From positions 31,797,593-31,855,030 of the forward strand of contig NC_068999.1 in assembly GCF_001194135.2 (NCBI RefSeq): a DNA stretch of 57,438 nt, in the 5' to 3' direction. Within the stretch, counting starts at the first letter, position 1; each line of letters begins with the position of its first letter. The notes beneath the pieces are model-generated. The model worked only from the letters and a program-made list of their open reading frames with translations. It was not told where the DNA came from and searched no databases. The position numbers and the translations under genes are program-made. Shown here piece by piece: positions 1 to 12,500 of this stretch. Source of the stretch: Octopus bimaculoides. Taxonomy: Eukaryota.

Positions 1-295
1 ATATCTTTAGATATACACCTAACTCTCCTACATTAAATTGGAAGAGAACTGAACGCAGAAACTCCAAACTGATCAACAACAACAAATATTTATTGTTCGG
101 TGGAAAATAAAACAGCTTCTAATTGTCCGGTTTTAGAGTAGCCTGAAATGTAGATGTACGGTTCTTCGAGCTGGTGTCGTTATAGAGACAACTTGGTTCA
201 ACCACACTCAAATGGGAGAGCTTGCTTAGACGTCTTGCTTGGTCGCTGTCTGGCTTGGTAAGAGACAGTCTAGTAGCGGGAACGCTTCGATGTTT

Positions 296-362
296 AAACC
301 CACGCATGCGTGGTTAAAGATTCAGCAATGGCGTCGGCCTTTTGGCGCCAATGTGACGTCAC
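296..362. promoter_or_regulatory. CpG-rich promoter-like segment with a 14-bp palindrome CCACGCATGCGTGG (NRF1/EWG-like), CCAAT and a full CRE (TGACGTCA)
   Basis: Palindrome at 300-313, CCAAT at 348-352 and GTGACGTCAC at 353-362, clustered in a locally CpG-rich patch of otherwise CpG-poor DNA. Direction of transcription not determined. Confidence 0.5.
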
Positions 363-1045
363 TACACTACGATTTCATGCTAAGTTTGGGCTTTAGCTAT
401 TAAACTCAGTTTAATGCAATTCTTGTAGAAATATATGTTTATTCGGTAATCAGTTCGTCCATTTCTTGAAATTCTGGCTCAAATTCGAGATTTGAAGCCT
501 TGGATTTGTGTTCCGTTTTGACCTCTCACTGCGCACACGGCAGTTTGGCTGCGCGTTTTCGCCATACAGTGGCCAGATTTAGCAATGACCACATTGAATT
601 CGTGAGATTTTTTTTTCTTATGATGTAAAAATATTCAAGAAAATATGCCCTTTTCTAAATGAAAATTAATAATGTCAATTTTTGTATTTCGTAACGATTA
701 TCTGACGTACCTACATCGATTTTTATATCGAAATAAAACAAGATAAAGCTTTTTTCATCCTCACAGTATGACTTCTATTACAACTTGAGTTATGGCGCAC
801 GAGTGTATGGAACTAGAACGAGGGCTACAGTTCAACAGTAGAAAAAATAAAGAGGGTCAAACTTTCTAACTGCGTCGAATTAATTAAAACTGTATGAGAT
901 GAAAGTTCATATACACAACTTCCAAATGATATATAATTTTCCTTGGAAAATATTTATTTTCACATGAAAAGAGTGAAGCAAAAAATGTGCTTTTGTGTGT
1001 TCAAACTGTGCTTGTCTCCTTTGTAAAGAATTCTATAATGATACC
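363..1045. mobile_element. Unclassified non-autonomous DNA element, copy 1 (lacks the internal fold-back)
   Basis: Colinear similarity with 9786-9859 plus 10650-11223, e.g. shared gtaatcagttcgtccatttcttgaaattctggctcaaa and caaatgatatataattt. No coding capacity. Confidence 0.75.
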
Positions 1046-1579
1046 AACTATGTTCTGGATATACTAATGTTGGAGCATTCACATTTCAAGATACGATATG
1101 TTTTCAGGAAGAAGCTGCACATGTTGTCATGTACTCCTTCAACCGGATTTGTTGAGATTGAATTGTGCTACCATTAATAATTTTATATCGATAACATTAC
1201 CACCATTTATAGACCAGTGTCTCTTTCTTTTATCTTATTCTATCCCAGATTCAGCAGTTAGTACTGCTCCTTTTCAGCTGTATGCAGTATAGCTAAGAGT
1301 GTTTCTTCACAACACAGATGTTACCACTAATATCAGAAGTCATGCTATTATACTGTTTTGCCTTCCTGACAGAGAAAGAAACAATTGAGTCTCTTATTAG
1401 ATAATCGCAATCACTGCTGATGCCATACAAATTCCTGACTTTAAACTCTCAAATGGATGAGTAAGTGCATGCTAGAAAGTTCCCAAGATGATATCAAATA
1501 ATGACAACAAAAGAGAAGAAGTAAATTGAATGTAATAGCAGTTGGAAACAGGACAAAAGCATTTTAAGCCTATTAACAA

Positions 1580-1745
1580 TTTGCTGAACTTCGAAAGAAT
1601 TCAAATAGAAATTTCTCTAAAGAATCTGAAATCTCTTGGTATTTCTCAAATATCAATTGATTGGTTCGTTTTAGTAGTTTGCCAATAGGTCTTTCTCAGA
1701 AGTGCCTGCAAGGAGACAACAAGGATTTTGTGATGTTCCATAAGT
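1580..1745 (+). mobile_element. CR1/L2-like LINE reverse transcriptase remnant
   Basis: Translates to NLKSLGISQISIDWF, resembling the KLxSLGxxxxxIxWF segment of CR1-group RTs. Heavily disrupted. Confidence 0.35.
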
Positions 1746-2874
1746 AGGCAAAAGTCCTTTCTTGTTTTGTTACCTGAATATATTATTATTACTATTTTTC
1801 AAAGATTCTGTTGAATTCTTTTCAATTGAATCAAATGCAAAACTTGTTACAAATATCTTAATAGCATTTATGGTTTTATGTGGAGAAGAATTTTTATGAG
1901 TGCATACATATACACAAATGCAAACATTCTTACATTCAAGAACTTATATGTTCACACATACATTACATATGAATACACACACACATACACACAACATATA
2001 TGCATACACACAGATACATCTACAGTCAGTAGACAATAGGCTAAGCTAAATCTGATATTAAATTGTTTAGGATGGTAGTAGCACCAATTAATTTCAATAT
2101 AGTAAAACAGTTAACTGTTTATACACCTTTCAAAATAGTAAAACAGATATACAATTATTCGCAAGTCTGTTTTAGCTAACACTTACATAAACAGTTATTT
2201 GTTTATCAAGATAACTTAGAGGACAGCCACATTAAAGTGGGCATAAACAATACTGTTTAGAAGCAGTTATCTGTATAAACAAATAACTGTTTATACATCA
2301 TTTCCACCAACAAAATATACAATCCCTGGAGGGTATAACTGATTTCCAATGCAATTATGTAATTAGTTGAGGGGGTTATTTTCCAGGAGTGGGGAACATG
2401 CAGCCTTCTAAAAGAAATCAGGATTTTCCATTAAGAAATACATTTTTGTTGATTACATCATATATTTATTCTAATGTTTTTAAATTCTTCAAGTCATTAA
2501 AAGGTTACCTTATAGATTTGTATTTCTGATATTTATGTTTATGACTAGTTTGATACCCATTACTTTGTTAACAGCAAAAAGGCAAAGTATTGAATTTAAA
2601 ATGTTTATCCATTTAAAATGGTACTTTTACTATAAAATATATTCAGTTTAAATGCAAAGTCTTTGAAAGAAGTAAAAATCAATGACATATTAGGTATTTT
2701 TTAATTGTATGAATTATTGAAGACTTAATAAATAATCTTTCAATATTTTAACTAAAAGTGTTTATTAGAAAAATATTTTGTATTCTACAAACTCTGTGTG
2801 TACATTCTATGATATTTACATTTATTTTGATGACTTTTCCATAAGCAAGTTCCAAGTCAATGTTCTAATTCATC

Positions 2875-5800
2875 ATTATGACATGTTGTTAAATGTGTGT
2901 TTAAATTCTCTTTTGTCAGCAAATATTCTCAAGTTTGTTGGATTAATTATTGCTGACAGCAACACTGAACTCTGATACAATTTCTACCTCTTTAAACTTA
3001 TCCTTCACTCTTATTTAGCAACATAACAAAAGCAAGCCTAATAGGAAATTGCAATCTTTCTAGGGTGACTCATAAATTAGTTTTAGATGGTTGAAAAAGC
3101 TATTAAGTTTGCTGATAATTAGTAAATTGTCAGTAGTATTGAGAACCATGTATCAAGTACTAACTATTGCAGTGACCATTTCTGCAACTTAAGTTTTGGC
3201 AAAGAACTACTGAAGCTGTGGTCTTGATTTTGATATGAAGTGATAGCCCACTAATACTTACTAAATTCAAAAATTTTGTGGGATAAAGAACCACTTGATT
3301 TTCTTCTGCCACTGAGTCTATATAATCACATTTCCAAGAAATTTATTGATAATTTCATCAATTAGCTGGTCAATCTCATCATTTTTTTTTTTTTTTTTTT
3401 TTGTTAGAATAATTGTTGAAGATATCTATTGTTAGTCTTAATAGTGTGTTGCTAGACTGGTTTAAGCAAATTGAACTAAATCTTCCCCAGAAATCACAGT
3501 TAGGCAGAGCTGAATCACAATAACAACTGGGAAAGGTGTGTCAGTATTAACAATATTTGGAGTTCTTTCTTTGCTCAGTTTTACCAACTAATTTGCATGG
3601 TGATTAAATGCATCAAAATTACTGTTGTTCAAACAATTGAGAAATCCTCACATTTGTTTAAATATGCAAAACTTTGCATTGACTCCAAATGGAAAACTTT
3701 TTCATGCATTTCATCTATTATAGAAAATTGTCAAGCTCTAGAGACTACTGCAAGAATTTTGATACAAACTTTTGTTGAAGACTAATAATCTTACTCCAAG
3801 GTGTTGCTTATTGTTCTTTACATTATAAGGAATCCAATTCAACGCTTCAAGAAGACTTTTTCCCACATTAATAGCTCAGTTTGTACAGAAAGTGACCTAT
3901 TACAGTATGAGGAAACATATGAAAGGTTGATGGAGATTTTACCAGAATAAGAAAAGTGAAGTGAGAATGGGTAGTCGAAAGCATAGCTGTAATTCCTTAA
4001 GAGAATGTAGAAAGTGCAATTTGACCATTCTAGTGAACATAGAAAAGAAAAGTTTTACCTGTTTCTCCTGAAAAATCTATAAATATCAGGTTGTCTTCCT
4101 TGTTGCCTTTTTTTTTATATTGTCTCAAAAAGAATTTTCTGTTTGTTATTTAGCTTATTTACATGATCAATGTAACAGAGCTTGGCTAAAGGATCTATTT
4201 CATCTGGATCAGCAGATACATTTTGTATTTGGTGATCTGCAGTAAGCAAACCATAAATAATAAACAACTGAATACTCATATTGAATCAACTAATCATCCA
4301 GTATGCACAGCATGTCATCAACAACAGCCTTTATTGTATTTTCAGTATTGTTTCTCTTCTGTGATGCAGAAAATTTTCAATAAGATTGTTACACAAGATA
4401 TATAAACTTAGAGGCTCAGACAGAGACCAGTAATGAAGAAGAGCAATGAATAAATTTCTTAGCTGGTTTGTAGACTGAATCATTACTGTCCCATTTCTGC
4501 ACATTCAGCATTCTTGATCATTTTCAAGGAGATTCATTACTTTGCAAGCATATAATAAACTTTTGCAGGTTGCATTGCCAACTATAAGCAAATTGTGAAA
4601 ACTTGTAACTCTGGCTCAGCAATAAAGCAATAAATGAGTTCTACTTGCAATGAACAGTGTATATCCTTCAGGTGGCCTCTGATGATATTCCTTCTAATTA
4701 TCTTGTCCTTCACCAAGTCTTGATATTATCACTTCTGTATCTCCTAAGTTTTCATCAAAATAAGCTGTGAGTTTAGTTGGGTGAGCTTGTCAAAGGACAT
4801 TTTCTGCATTTTTCTTTTTTTCTTTTTTATCAAAAATTACTTGTTGATAAGACATATGAGTCTAAAACCATTCTACAGAAGAATTTCTTTGCTGAATATG
4901 AATTTGAAAAATCTCCAACACAATTCATATAATCCAAAGAACCTGCAATGTTCTTATTTAATGATCTCATTTTTTGACTTGCATCACTGACATCAAGATG
5001 AACTTATATGAAGAAGATCTATGGCAATTACATCTGCATTGAATGTTCTTGTAATTCCCTCTGACTTTGGATTGCAGCTAAATGTCACAAATATCCATTG
5101 CTGTTGGTGACATTTACCTGCAATTTTCTTACAATAGTCATTACATCTTGGTAGTGCTTTGCCACGTATCTTATAATTGTGTGTGGAATTTATATTGTCT
5201 TCTAATCTGAACAGTATCTCCTACAAAGATTGTATATGATATTTATCCAAGTCTGAAGATTGTTTTGAATATACTTACTGCAAATGAGTAAAGCTTTGGT
5301 CAGCACAAAACTGATGGAATAGACAGTGCTGTGCAATATATTATCTTCCTTGATTATCCAAATATAATATAATTGAGAACATGTCCTTTTTCTATTATAT
5401 CTTTAGTTTAGTATATTCAGATGTCATCCACCAGGAAAAAAAAACATGGTTACATCATGGGGTTAAAGCTTAGATGAGAATCATTGAATATCTGAAGATA
5501 TTGCTCAGAACCTGCTTACCAACGTTCTTCCAGTTTGATGAGTTTCTTTGCCATTACCTAATATCAATACAGCAACCTCGCTGCATGTGTAGATGTTATA
5601 CTCTCTGGAGTGTTTGCTTTTTGACCTATTGACAGCATATAATTCAGTAGAAACATTTTCTGGTATTGCATTAGCATCAATATATTCTTGAACTGACAGG
5701 AATACTTACAAATAAGTGTCATTAGGGGAAAAAATAGCAGAAAGATGTGTACAGAAAATAACAGAATAAAAATTTTCTTGTTCATTATCTGCAGCCATTC

Positions 5801-6490
5801 TTTGTGTAAGTTGTTGAATTAATTTTTCAGAATTGTAAAGTATCAGCATTCTTTGTTGCTCCAAAAGTTCTATAAATGACTCCATGTATTGCGGAAAGGC
5901 CTTGAACAACTGTAGTACTGCTCAATTTCATGCTACTTATAGTTATAGTACTGTTGAACCACCAAACATTTTTTATGAAATATTTTGCTTCTGGTAAATC
6001 AAGTATGAACAATTAATGTAATTCATCAGGTAAATCTGCTATGCCTGGAATACAGATTAAACCAGATTTACAGCAAATACCAAAATCAAGATTGGCTAAT
6101 GTTTCTTCAGTAAGCTCTTTCATGAACATTCGGTTAAGCTACAATTAGAACAGAATATCTTGACAGCTATTTCTAGAACTGAGTATATGTCATGCTCTCT
6201 AGCAACATTCAACATCTTTCTTTGCCTATTCTGAGCTATTAGATGTTGTCTTTGTTCTTGAGAAAGTCACTGGTTATTTGACAATGCTTGTTTAGCATTT
6301 TGTTCTAAAAGCTGCTCACATAGTTGTTGAGAAAAGTTGTACCCCTCTGTTGTTCAATATTTTGAGCCAAAATGCATTCTCATTGTCTTTGAGAAAGTTG
6401 TTCTTGTGATTGTCTTCATCTAAATGCATTCACATATCTTTGATTTTTCCTTTCTGTTTCCTTGTTTACTCCTTTAGTTGCATGTAACAT
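2875..6490 (-). mobile_element. Degenerate Helitron Rep-helicase (HUH Rep plus PIF1-family helicase) pseudogene
   Basis: Minus-strand motifs in the expected order: WFNSTITISSMK...IHGVIYRTFG (~5960-5860; cf. YNSAFAFTSMG...IHGQIYHRIG); HYQDVMTIVRK and IFVTFSCNPK (~5160-5060; Rep motif 1 FITFTCNP); LEALNWIPYNVKNNKQHLG and QILAVVSR (~3860-3735); SGLSLHIKIKTTASVVLCQNLSCRNGHCN (~3260-3180); LQFPIRLAFVMLLNKSEG (3001-3055; cf. QFPVRLAFAMTINKSQG). Many stops and frameshifts. Confidence 0.9.
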
Positions 6491-7451
6491 GGGTATGATT
6501 TTTTTTTTTACATTTCATAAATAGTAAATTGGTTTTTAAAAAATACAATTTTTCAACAAAATATAACGAACTTGATATTGATTGTTTTCTTATTACATTC
6601 ATCTAAAAGTTTAAGTATTTTGATTATAATTAATGAATAATATATGCATAATAAAGAAATTTTGTTGGTATCTAAATTTGACAAAAATTATTTTTCCTGA
6701 TGTGTAATTTCATTATTCTTATAAATATATATACATATATAATGTAAACCATACAGACCTTAAAGAGAAAGGGGTATGACATTAATGAGGTTACAAACAG
6801 TGATGAAAGGACTTTGACAAACAAACAACTGACTGATTGCTTAATTAACACATTGAGCAAACAATTGATTAGATATTTGACCAATTGACTAACAATAAAG
6901 AAGTAGAATTGAACCACTATATGTGTTTATTATTACTGACCCTCCCAAGATGCAACAAGATATGCATAATACGTTATTTAGTTGCACATTGTGTAATTAC
7001 AGTTTTGTTTCCACCAATATGCTGTGACTTTCTGGCTGGATTGAACATTAATAATAAAGCAGGAATGATATTAATAATTTTTCAGGAAGTATCTGAAGTA
7101 ATGTATTTTTTTTAAATCTTTGTTACATTTGTGATATTAATTACAGCATTTATTTATTTTCAGATGAATATGAACCAGTGAAGTCAAATTTTCGAGCAAC
7201 CTTGTAACACAAAGGTATGCAATACAGCAATCACAAATGTGCATTAATTGAGTAAAATACTAATACAACACTTTAGATGAAACACAAAATGTGTGACTAT
7301 AGCATTTATAAAGTGTTTGGAAACAAGTAACATGCTGGATGTCTAAAATTTGAGACACAGAAGTCCACAGTAAAAAGTGCCAATATTATTGCTCACTGCA
7401 TTAAATATAATAATCTTATTTTAATTATTTTTCATGAAGATAATATTTTTT

Positions 7452-7712
7452 AACAATTGCAGCATGGAAGGTGTTTATAAGCCATTTAAAAAAACACACA
7501 AAAACTGTTAGATTCCCTTCAACGTCTAAATTTAATTTGACCAAATATTTTCCTTGCTTTGAAATCATGAGCTGTTCATTGACAAAATTCCATGCAGCAG
7601 CTTCAAAGCCACAATAATATTTTGACAAATTAAATTTAAATGTTGAAGTGAATCTAATGGTTTTTGTGTTTTTTTTAAATGGCTTATAAGCACCTTCCAT
7701 GCTGCAATTGTT
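7452..7712. repeat. Fold-back (long inverted repeat), ~100-bp arms, probable MITE
   Basis: 7452-7550 (aacaattgcagcatggaaggtgtttataagccatttaaaaaaacac...) is the reverse complement of ~7615-7712 with scattered mismatches. The spacer also partly pairs (gctttgaa/ttcaaagc). Confidence 0.85.
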
Positions 7713-8089
7713 TTTGTTTCAGCACATGATCTCAGATCAAGTCACTTGCAACATAAGTACATCTCTGTAAATAATATTTTTTAATATGCTAATTAATCCA
7801 TTTGGCCAACTTTACTGTTCTGAATAGCTGGTGATATTCTTCCTCCTAATACTAAAGAGTGCCACTGAAGTTAGTTTAATCATATAAACTGCTTGACAAC
7901 TGGGTAAAATGATGACAAAGTTGATATGGATGTCAATTATTTTATAATCAGTGACAGAAGTGATGCTATAATAGAGTCTAGGCACAATTTAGGGTAGAAA
8001 AATCTGTCAGCAATCCTTACAAGACCAAGCAAAGGGATGATAAATTCAGATCAATATTTTATCTAACTGCTTGCTACAGAGTAAGAAAT

Positions 8090-8420
8090 TGTTTCGTGGA
8101 TCTTTAGCCAGGATTTTCCAACAAGATCCTTTCTGTTATTTTTGGCATTAATACTAGGAAATTTATGAAGTCACCTGTCACATTTATTTTGGTTCCATTG
8201 TTTGAGTTAGCATTCTACAGCCAAATGCAGATTAACATAGATAAAACAAATTATTTTCCCTTGTTCTCCTGACATAAGTTCAGCTTTTCAATATGTATAA
8301 ATACAAATCCTCAGAACACTTGAGATTAGTCATCTATGCTTCCACACTCTGTATGTCTTTCACTTTCTAGCAAACAGCTCTTCCTGGCAAGTACACATTA
8401 TACTAAGGATGTGCAAGCTA
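8090..8420 (-). mobile_element. CR1-like LINE 3' ORF2 remnant
   Basis: Minus-strand fragments KDIQSVEA and KLNLCQE resemble the CR1 C-terminal KDIxxLExVQRR...LKxLNLYS region. Very degraded. Confidence 0.4.
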
Positions 8421-9785
8421 TCATTGTCATTTTCCCATTACCACTGTTAAACAGCTAATCACTACAGACAGCTTTTGTATATGACCCTACATGGAATTTA
8501 CAAGAAAATAAAAACTGTAAGCAATATTTTTCTTCTTTTGCATATTACTATGAATTTTTGAAAATGTTGAAATGTAATTTCTACTGTATTTTTTTTTTCT
8601 TTACTTTTTTGGCGAGCATCCAAAAAGAAACATTTTGATACATCATTTGAGAAATTTGGATGAATATTTTAGGAAATATGACAATTTGAATAGTCAGCAA
8701 AATGGTCAAAATTTTGCCTAATTTGCCTAAATGAATAAGTTGCTATATGTGTGATGTCATATCTTTGAAACTGAGGTGATAATCATCTTCAAATTGCACA
8801 AATTAATAGTTACCATTGTATAGTAGTTGCCCATTTTTTTCAGGTTCTTGGAAAGAAAACTTCCTTTTTTTTTTTTGCTAATATTTTATCTATTTTGCTA
8901 TGTCTAACAAATGGTTGATTCTGCTGTTTTCAGACCATGCAAAATCTGGAACTACAAGCCACAGGAACTTGAGTTTTGGCACATTTGTAGTTGTTATAGA
9001 ACTAAATAAATCCTGAGATTTTGGAACATGATAACATTTCGGTAAAATTCTAATGGACTATTGAAAATGGTTATAAATGGCTGAATTTCAGATCAGGACA
9101 CCCACATAAACTGGATTTTCTCTGTTTTGACAGAGCTATTTTCCAATCTTTTCTTTGCATCACAGTCTTGTAAAATGATAGGGGTAAACTTTTTATGAAA
9201 AAAATTTTGGAAAATTTGTGATTTCCTCCCCTTCTCTTCCGGATCGATTTTGGCCACTTTTGTTTGCACTATGCACTTTTTCAGTAGCAAAAAGAAGAAA
9301 AAAAATTGATTATTTTCAAACGAAACGATGTGTGATTTAAGGGAGATTTAGCTGTTGTTTCTAGCACATCCTACAATCACCTCGTGAATTTCTCAGAATT
9401 GCATGTACATTTAGATTAAAAAACAAACAAAATGTGAAAATTATTTCTTGCTTTAAGCATTAAAAGCATGAATTAAAGGCATTAACAACATCTGTAACTT
9501 ACTGCAAACTTCTTATAGGCGAGAGAAAGAGAGAGAGAGAGAAAAAAAAACGAGTATGTAAACACTGGCACAAATTATCCCAAATGTATTCAAAATAGGG
9601 GGAAAAACCCATCTCATCTTACTTTAATAGTCTACAAAATTATATATGCATTGAACAATATAATTTTTATTGGCGAAATCTGACCAATATTTCTCAAAGA
9701 AAAACGAAATTTATATGTACAAGAATAGCCTAGCGGATCGCTACATGTTATTAAAACAGTGAGAGAGAATGAACAATATTCTCAA

Positions 9786-11223
9786 TACACCGATTTCATG
9801 CTAATTTTTGGCTCTAGAAGACTTATTAAACTCAATTTAGTGCATTTTTTGTAGAAATGTATAAAAATCTTCGCCCGATAACAAAAAAACAAAACAAAAA
9901 AACAGCCTGCTAGGTGTTAAAAACTGTGTAGAAAACGAATATGAAAAAAAAAATTGCCTAACCAAACCTGGGTAGGTGGGGGAGATGACTTTCGGAAAAT
10001 TCACAAGATCCGATTTTTCCATCATAACTTTCGGGAAAATGGATAAATATTTTTTTTTTTGTACGTTTTTGGTTATGGAGGATCCGATTCTGAAAACAAT
10101 TTTTTCAAAAATCGCATTTTCAAAACTTCACACATACACACACACACCCTACCCCACCCTCTTCATTTCTCACTCTTTCCGGAATTTTTTTTCTTTTTTT
10201 TTTGCGAAATACGTAGAAAAATACGAAGATTACGATTCTGGAAAAAAACTGTTTGTTAAATTTCAATTTTTCAACAAAAAAATATATATACACCCCAACC
10301 CCCTTCCCTCGCAATTCTACGGCTTTGGCCTTCAAGCAGGCTATCCACATGCTAGAAATAACAGCCAAGTCTGAAATTTTGAAATTACGATTTTGGAAAA
10401 TCTTTTTCTCCGGATCGGATCCTCCATAACCAAAGACGTGGGATTCCGTAAAAAAAATCAATATATCCATTTTCCCGAAAGTTATGACGGAAAAATCGGA
10501 TCTTGTGAATTTTCCGAAAGTCCTTTCCCCCACCCCAGGTTCGTTTGCGCAAATTTTTTTTGTCATATTCATTTTCTACACAGTTGTTAACACCCAGCAA
10601 GCTGGAATTTTTTCTTGTTTTTGTTAACGAGTGGAGATCTTTATATTAACCGAAATATGTTTACTTAGTAATCAGTTCGTCCATTTCTTGAAATTCTGGC
10701 TCAAACTCGAGATTTGAAACTTTGGATTTGTGTTCCATTTGACCGCTTGCTGCGCGCATACGTCAGTTTGGCAAGTAGGGTCAGTATACCACCCTTTTTA
10801 CACACTTTGTACTTTTTCGCCAGATCATGGCCAAAATTATCTGACGTACCCCCATTGATTTTTATATCGAAATAAAGCGAAAACTCTCCTCTTCGTGACA
10901 GTATGATTTTTAACACAACTTGAGGTATGATGCTCGAGGGCATTGAACTAGAACGTGGGCTACCGTTCAGCAGTCAAAACAAACAAACAAACAAAAAAAA
11001 GCGGAAAAGCGGACAAACTTTGTAAATGTGTGGAAATACCAGGGTATTTGAGGGATTTTAATTAAAACTATATAAGAAGGAGGTTCACATCCAGAACTTT
11101 CAAATGATATATAATTTCCCCTGGGAAATATTTATTTTGCCGCGAAAATGATGAAACAAAAAGTGTTTCAAAAAGTGTTCAAACTGTGCTTGTCTCCACT
11201 ATACGGCGTTCTATAGTGATACC
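9786..11223. mobile_element. Unclassified non-autonomous DNA element, copy 2, with an internal 786-bp fold-back and a terminal hairpin
   Basis: Homologous to 363-1045. Internal inverted arms at 9860-~10130 and ~10372-10645. Hairpin cactata-cggcgttc-tatagtg at 11197-11218. Confidence 0.8.
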
Positions 11224-11320
11224 TAATATTACATTGTCTCACAGAGTTTAAACAATCTAACTATTACATAACCTGTTACAACTCCAACAACAAATACCAG
11301 ATAGCAATATTTACTCAGAC

Positions 11321-11540
11321 GAAGGCAGTGAGCAGGCAGAATCGTTACTGCATCAGGAAAAATGTTTAGCAGCATTTTGTCCATCTTTACATTCTGAGTT
11401 CAAATTTTGCTGAGGCTGTCTTTGACTATCCTCCTTTTGGAGGTGGATAAAATAAGTACCAGTTAAGCACTGGGTTCAACGTAATCGACTTACTCCCTCC
11501 CCCGAACTTGATGGCCTTGCACCAAACTTTGAAACCAATA
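11321..11540 (+). mobile_element. SINE family A (aaggyggtgagctggcagaatcg...ataaaataagtaccag...gaaaccaat)
   Basis: Homologous to 22601-22820 (+) and 29277-29489 (-). tRNA-like head with B-box-like gagttcaaatt. Confidence 0.8.
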
Positions 11541-12010
11541 TCAATCCAGACAATGGATAAAGATTACTACCCTAAAATCAGACCATTTCTTTCAGTGGAT
11601 TTCTGCAGTTTCCATCTATACAATATAACTAATATATATATAACTCAAAACGTTGGGCTCAGTCTGAAGCTGCAGTAGAAGACATGTGTTCAAGGTACTG
11701 TCCAACAAGATCAAACCTGGACTACCGTATTTGCCAGTGCACTGGACCACCCTCACATAAGATGCACTGCTTTTTACAAGGATATTTTGCAGAAAAAATC
11801 AATTTTAGTATGTTTCATCATACATATATTAAAAGACATTTTAAAGTGGTTTCGTAGGGAGAATTGTATGATTCTGCATAAAATACAATATTGTGACAGT
11901 ATACTGGAATTAAAGTATGAAATCATATATAGTTTTACACTCACGTTTAAAGGAAACTAAATTAAATTTCGTTTTTGTATTTGGTTTGCAAGATTCTTTA
12001 TGCACCTTAA

Positions 12011-12231
12011 TGTGTCTGGGAAGAGTCATTCTCTTTTAGTGCCTTATTATTTAACACACACACACCAGTTTGATTTCCACTCATTTAGGTATTCCTCTTT
12101 TCTAAAATTTTCGTTGCATCTTGCAACCTTTTCAGTAGTCATTAACTCTGTCCGTTATCAGAGCTGCATTGTTTTGTTTGTTTGTTTGTGCACATGTGTG
12201 CATGTGTATACATGTATGTATGTATGTATGC

Positions 12232-12278
<47 letters not shown>

Positions 12279-12321
12279 CATGTGTGTACGTTTGTATGCA
12301 TGTATTCTGCATATTCACATG
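12011..12321 (+). repeat. Left arm of a long-range inverted repeat (partner at 18059-18407)
   Basis: tgtgtctgggaagagtcattctcttttagtgccttattat...gtattctgcatattca matches the reverse complement of 18059-18407. Confidence 0.85.
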
Positions 12322-12323
12322 TT

Positions 12324-12500
12324 CCCAGCCAGCAAAACCATATCAGGCTGATATGAAACCAATGTTGTTACCTATATCAGTCCTACATTGGAAATTGTGT
12401 CGGTTTGATTTCAGCCCGATTTCATTTTGCAACATCAAGGTAACATCGGTCCAAATGAAAACGAGGTTGGGCTGATGTATGGTTGTTCAACTTGAGAAGT
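12324..12500 (+). mobile_element. Putative CACTA/EnSpm (CMC)-like terminus with subterminal repeats
   Basis: Begins CCCAGCCAGCAAAACC, resembling the CCCAG/CACAG ends of animal EnSpm elements. Followed by short direct and inverted variants of an atcagcc(c/t)ga / aaccata motif. The opposite terminus was not found. Confidence 0.4.

Noticed and set aside
119-307. 62-aa minus-strand ORF beside the promoter-like motifs
   Set aside because: No recognisable motif. More likely 5' UTR or chance.
7164-7214. 51-nt plus-strand exon-like segment (tttatttttcag ... AAG|gtatgc)
   Set aside because: Good splice signals, but the most protein-like frame (DEYEPVKSNFRATL*) ends in a stop and no partner exons were found. 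At best a non-coding exon; needs RNA-seq.
8590-9300. Possible further non-autonomous DNA element
   Set aside because: It has the look of a MITE interior, but I could not find TIRs, a TSD or a second copy in the window.
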